Source: Bacteroidaceae bacterium
Lineage (GTDB): Bacteria > Bacteroidota > Bacteroidia > Bacteroidales > Bacteroidaceae
Length of the DNA: 64,000 nt
Direction of reading: 5' to 3'
NCBI GenBank assembly: GCA_045646845.1
Contig: JAZRLO010000008.1
Location: forward strand, 1,326-65,325
The position numbers and the translations under genes are program-made. Within the stretch, counting starts at the first letter, position 1, and the number at the start of each line of letters is the position of its first letter. The notes beneath the pieces were generated by a model that did not search any database, had not been told where the DNA came from, and saw nothing but the letters and a program-made list of their open reading frames with translations. Of this stretch, positions 60,949 through 64,000 are shown in pieces.

Positions 60949-61752
60949 ATGAAAGCATTCATATTCGCGGCGGGTCTCGGCACCCGTCTAAAACCCATAA
61001 CTGATACTTTGCCTAAGGCTCTTGTGCCTGTGTGTGACAAACCGCTCATTGAGCATGTGGCACGTAAACTGCAATCTTCGGGCATTGATGAGATTGTTGT
61101 GAACATACACTATTTCGCCGATAAGATAGAGGAGTGGGCAGATGCTCAATCATGGATTGTTACGGACAGGTCCAAAAAAGAACAAGGAAAGGTTCTCTTC
61201 GAGATAAGCGACGAGCGTGCGCAACTTCTGGAAACAGGAGGTGCCGTGCTTCACGCACGCCGTTTCCTTGAGGGTTGTGGAAAGTTCCTTATACATAATG
61301 TAGATATTTTGTCCAACTGTGACATTCCATGGTTCGAGTCTCAGGTAAAAGACGATGCTGTGGCGACGTTGCTGGTCAGCGAACGCAAGACTACCCGTTT
61401 TCTGCTGTTTGACCCCTCTACAATGCGTATGGTTGGCTGGATGAATACTGACACGGGTGATTATAGCGTAACCTCGCCCGATATTGTCCCGGCTGAGTGT
61501 CGTGCCCTTGCATTTTCGGGAATACATATCCTTAGCGACAAGGTGCTTGCTTTGATGCAGGAGTATGTGGCGGAGAAGGGCTTGCCTGTTGATGAGGTGA
61601 ATGGTACCCGTTTCCCTATCATGAGTTTCTATATGTGGGCAGCGGCCAAGTATCCAATCTATGGCGTGGTTGCCCAGAATTTGCAGTTCATTGATGTTGG
61701 CAAGTTGGATGCTTTAAAGCCTGCCGAGGAGTTTGTAAAAGGTGAAAGGTGA
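60949..61752 (+). CDS. Sugar-1-phosphate nucleotidyltransferase (MurU/NTP-transferase family)
   Basis: FAAGLGTRLKPITDTLPKALVPV signature. The last residues (VKGER) are encoded by the heptad array. Confidence 0.85.
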   Translation: MKAFIFAAGLGTRLKPITDTLPKALVPVCDKPLIEHVARKLQSSGIDEIVVNIHYFADKIEEWADAQSWIVTDRSKKEQGKVLFEISDERAQLLETGGAVLHARRFLEGCGKFLIHNVDILSNCDIPWFESQVKDDAVATLLVSERKTTRFLLFDPSTMRMVGWMNTDTGDYSVTSPDIVPAECRALAFSGIHILSDKVLALMQEYVAEKGLPVDEVNGTRFPIMSFYMWAAAKYPIYGVVAQNLQFIDVGKLDALKPAEEFVKGER

Positions 61753-61797
61753 AAGGTGAAAACGGAAAACGGAAAACTGAAAACGGAAAGGTTAAAA
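61741..61797 (+). repeat. Longest heptad array: GGTGAAA x3, ACGGAAA x2, ACTGAAA, ACGGAAA, GGTTAAA
   Basis: Eight consecutive 7-nt units read directly from the sequence. The array overlaps the stop codon of the preceding gene, in sense orientation. Confidence 0.75.
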
Positions 61798-61892
61798 CTG
61801 CGAGTAAGCGAGCAAAAGCCAAGTTTGCTTGAGCTTTTACAGCGAGCGTGAGCTGGTTCAAGCGCACGAAGTGCGGTTAAAACTGCGAATGT

Positions 61893-61919
61893 GTCATCTT
61901 GAGCGTAGTCGAAGGATCT
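61893..61919 (+). repeat. Short dispersed motif copy (GTCATCTTGAGCGTAGTCGAAGGATCT)
   Basis: Divergent member of the GTCATTCWGAGC..GAAGAATCT family. Confidence 0.5.
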
Positions 61920-61959
61920 TAAAACCGTAAATGTCAAAACGAGGTTTAGAAACATAGAA

Positions 61960-62061
61960 GGAGGGTGACTCAAAAGTTATATTACAAAGAATGCAATCCC
62001 CATCAGAATATGCTCTGGTGGGGATTACTCGTTCAAAAGGAGGGCTTTTGAGTCGCCTTCC
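61960..62061. repeat. Nested-hairpin element of about 100 nt (possible MITE or structured RNA)
   Basis: The outer stem GACTCAAAAG/CTTTTGAGTC is extendable with wobbles to about 17 bp. The inner stem is AATCCCCA/TGGGGATT. A further hairpin CCCTCTCC/GGAGAGGG lies at 62103-62121. Confidence 0.4.
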
Positions 62062-62167
62062 AGTATTATAGGTTGATGCCTCTACCTTTTTGTATTCTTT
62101 TTCCCTCTCCTTGGGAGAGGGGTAGGACGAGGCTTCTCACTCCCATTATGGGGAGGGTAGTGTCTGT

Positions 62168-63853
62168 TTACTTTACAAGCTCTTTTTTACCGTTGACAAT
62201 ATATATGCCGGCGTTTGTAATAGTGTTGATACGGCGGCCTGAGAGGTCGTATATAACGACATTTTCATTATCGCAGTCTATATCCTTTATAGATGCTTGT
62301 TCTTCATTATATACTACCAAATTTATTTTAATGTCCTCTGCAGATTTTTTACCTGTGATTTCACTTATTATACATTCGGCTGGTATGACAATGTAATAAT
62401 CACCGTTAGTGCTGATACCGCTTTCCAATTCTATTGTCAAGGTTTCTCCGGACAATGTCCAGTTACCCATGCCTACAGGGAACGTACTGTCTTCAGCATT
62501 GTATATTGGGAATTGGTCGGAAGAAGTTATACCTTCGATTCTTACAGCCTCGCTGAATGTGATGCTTATTGTCTTCAGTTCTGCGGTATATGAATTGGGA
62601 GTATAGCTGAATACTGCTGGCGGATTTGAAATACCGTAAAGCGATGGATATACAGTTGCTTCTGTGGTGTTTTCTTCTTTTACGGCAACAATTGCATTCC
62701 CGTCATAAGCAAGGACAAAACCATCCTTTCTTATTTTGGACAAGCCATCTTCAATGGTAATGTTCCATGCGCAGTTGTGGTGTGTGGTTGATGTCTTTAT
62801 TTCATCTTTTCTACCCATGGCTGTTGCTGTCAGGTACAGACCGTTAGCATCTTTAATATAGAATTCACCGTTGCCGGCGCATTCAAAGTTGTATGCATAA
62901 TACGCGACATCCGTTATGTTCCCATCGTTGGCATTAGTCTGCTTAGTGGGGAGTATGCCATTGCTGAATGGTAGTGCTATGGTGTTGTTGGCTGCAATGA
63001 AATATTTTCCGCTTACCATGACTGTCATCTTGGGGTATGTAACCTCTTCGCTGATGATATACTCGGCACTTGATGATGCACTTACATAGGTTTTTTCGCC
63101 ATATGTGAGCTCGACGATAACCTTTAGAGTGCAGCTGTGGTCAACAACAATCTCACCGTCTGTTTCCTCATCTTCAACAGTAGGTTCGTTGCCGTCTGTC
63201 GTGTAGTAGTATGTAACGTTTGTTACACCCTCAAGGTCTGCTGTAGCAGAGTGAACATTGATGGTCTGTTCACCGGCATATACACCGCTTGCAGGGCTTA
63301 TTACAGGAGCTTCAAGCTTGTTGTCTCTCGGGTAAACCTTGATGCTGCTGATGAACATGATGCTTGAGTAGTTGCCACCGTTTGAACCGATAACAAGCTC
63401 ATATACATTGCCGGCCGCTTGGTTGTCAGCTGCAATCTCGTATGTGTATGTCTCGGTTGAACCGATGCATGCTGTACTTACAGCATTGCCGCCTACATAT
63501 ACGTTCATGTCAACGTTCGGATAGCTTGTTGCTGATGCATGACCTACAACTTCAATCTTCTCAACTGCAAAGTCGAATGCGGGGAGAATGATCTTTGAGC
63601 CGGGCTTTGCTATGCGCAGATAGCCATTCTCATAATAGAACTCACCTTTGTTTTTTGTCGGGTCAATTGTGATACTCTTGGCACCGTCTGTGTATGTTCC
63701 TTTAGTCTTTACACCACGGAAGTTGACCATATCGTATCCTGGGATTTCCCAAACATTGTTTGTGAAATCGAATACAGCTGTTTCATTGAGGGTGCCCTGT
63801 GCAGATGTCATGAGGGTTACCATCAATGCTGCTAAAAATGTAAATTTTCTCAT
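62168..63853 (-). CDS. Secreted multidomain protein with a T9SS C-terminal sorting domain (function unknown; contains a chitobiase/hexosaminidase-C-like segment)
   Basis: Signal peptide MRKFTFLAALMVTLMTSAQG, a VTYYYTTDGNEPT segment, and tail VVIYDLSGRRINTITNAGIYIVNGKKELVK. Confidence 0.8.
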   Translation of the reverse strand: MRKFTFLAALMVTLMTSAQGTLNETAVFDFTNNVWEIPGYDMVNFRGVKTKGTYTDGAKSITIDPTKNKGEFYYENGYLRIAKPGSKIILPAFDFAVEKIEVVGHASATSYPNVDMNVYVGGNAVSTACIGSTETYTYEIAADNQAAGNVYELVIGSNGGNYSSIMFISSIKVYPRDNKLEAPVISPASGVYAGEQTINVHSATADLEGVTNVTYYYTTDGNEPTVEDEETDGEIVVDHSCTLKVIVELTYGEKTYVSASSSAEYIISEEVTYPKMTVMVSGKYFIAANNTIALPFSNGILPTKQTNANDGNITDVAYYAYNFECAGNGEFYIKDANGLYLTATAMGRKDEIKTSTTHHNCAWNITIEDGLSKIRKDGFVLAYDGNAIVAVKEENTTEATVYPSLYGISNPPAVFSYTPNSYTAELKTISITFSEAVRIEGITSSDQFPIYNAEDSTFPVGMGNWTLSGETLTIELESGISTNGDYYIVIPAECIISEITGKKSAEDIKINLVVYNEEQASIKDIDCDNENVVIYDLSGRRINTITNAGIYIVNGKKELVK

Positions 63854-64000
63854 AAGTATAGATGTTTTATATAATTATATTTTATTACGGAAACTGTCGG
63901 CTTTATGTAGAAACAGGATGTCTTATGATTTTCTATCTGCAAATTTATGGAAAAAATCTCTTTCAAACCTTATTTATATATAAAAAAGCGGATGCGTAAT

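Overview
This is a chromosomal segment of a Bacteroidales-type bacterium. The backbone is about 50% GC in hand-counted 60-nt lines, many genes have TAnnTTTG -7 boxes upstream, and several proteins end in T9SS C-terminal sorting domains. The family cannot be determined from the sequence alone. Nt 1.9-21.6 kb, all on the minus strand, is a capsule/O-antigen-type polysaccharide locus with two compositional parts. The low-GC variable cassette carries 2x GT2, GNAT, YdjC, an EpsG/Wzy-like polymerase, a TagF-like transferase, an acyltransferase, TagD and Wzx. The backbone-GC part carries a second TagF-like gene, two cytidylyltransferase fusion proteins, an SDR and UDP-glucose dehydrogenase. The junction between them holds an ECF sigma factor, gene fragments and an AAA-ATPase/PD-(D/E)XK gene bracketed by direct repeats of about 150 bp. 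The window starts inside a tail-fibre-like SGNH esterase gene. Next come three T9SS-exported glycosidases (GH20, lectin-GH2, lectin-GH20) and a BspA-type LRR surface protein. The rest is housekeeping: comF, recX, prmC, pgi, gpsA, lysS, valS, mazG, rnz, rpsA, apbE and an ECF sigma module. I saw no rRNA, tRNA, CRISPR, integrase or transposase. The signals most worth follow-up are: (1) an unusual cytidylyltransferase/TagF-rich capsule chemistry, including a cytidylyltransferase-GHMP kinase fusion; (2) heptad-periodic (NNNGAAA)n arrays at gene 3' ends; (3) two cases of gene cassettes bracketed by duplicated intergenic regions (a 199-bp pair at 98.5% identity and a pair of about 150 bp); (4) MITE-like and short dispersed repeats; and (5) an unannotated 57-aa ORF with a perfect terminator. 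None of these can be called novel without database searches, which I cannot run.
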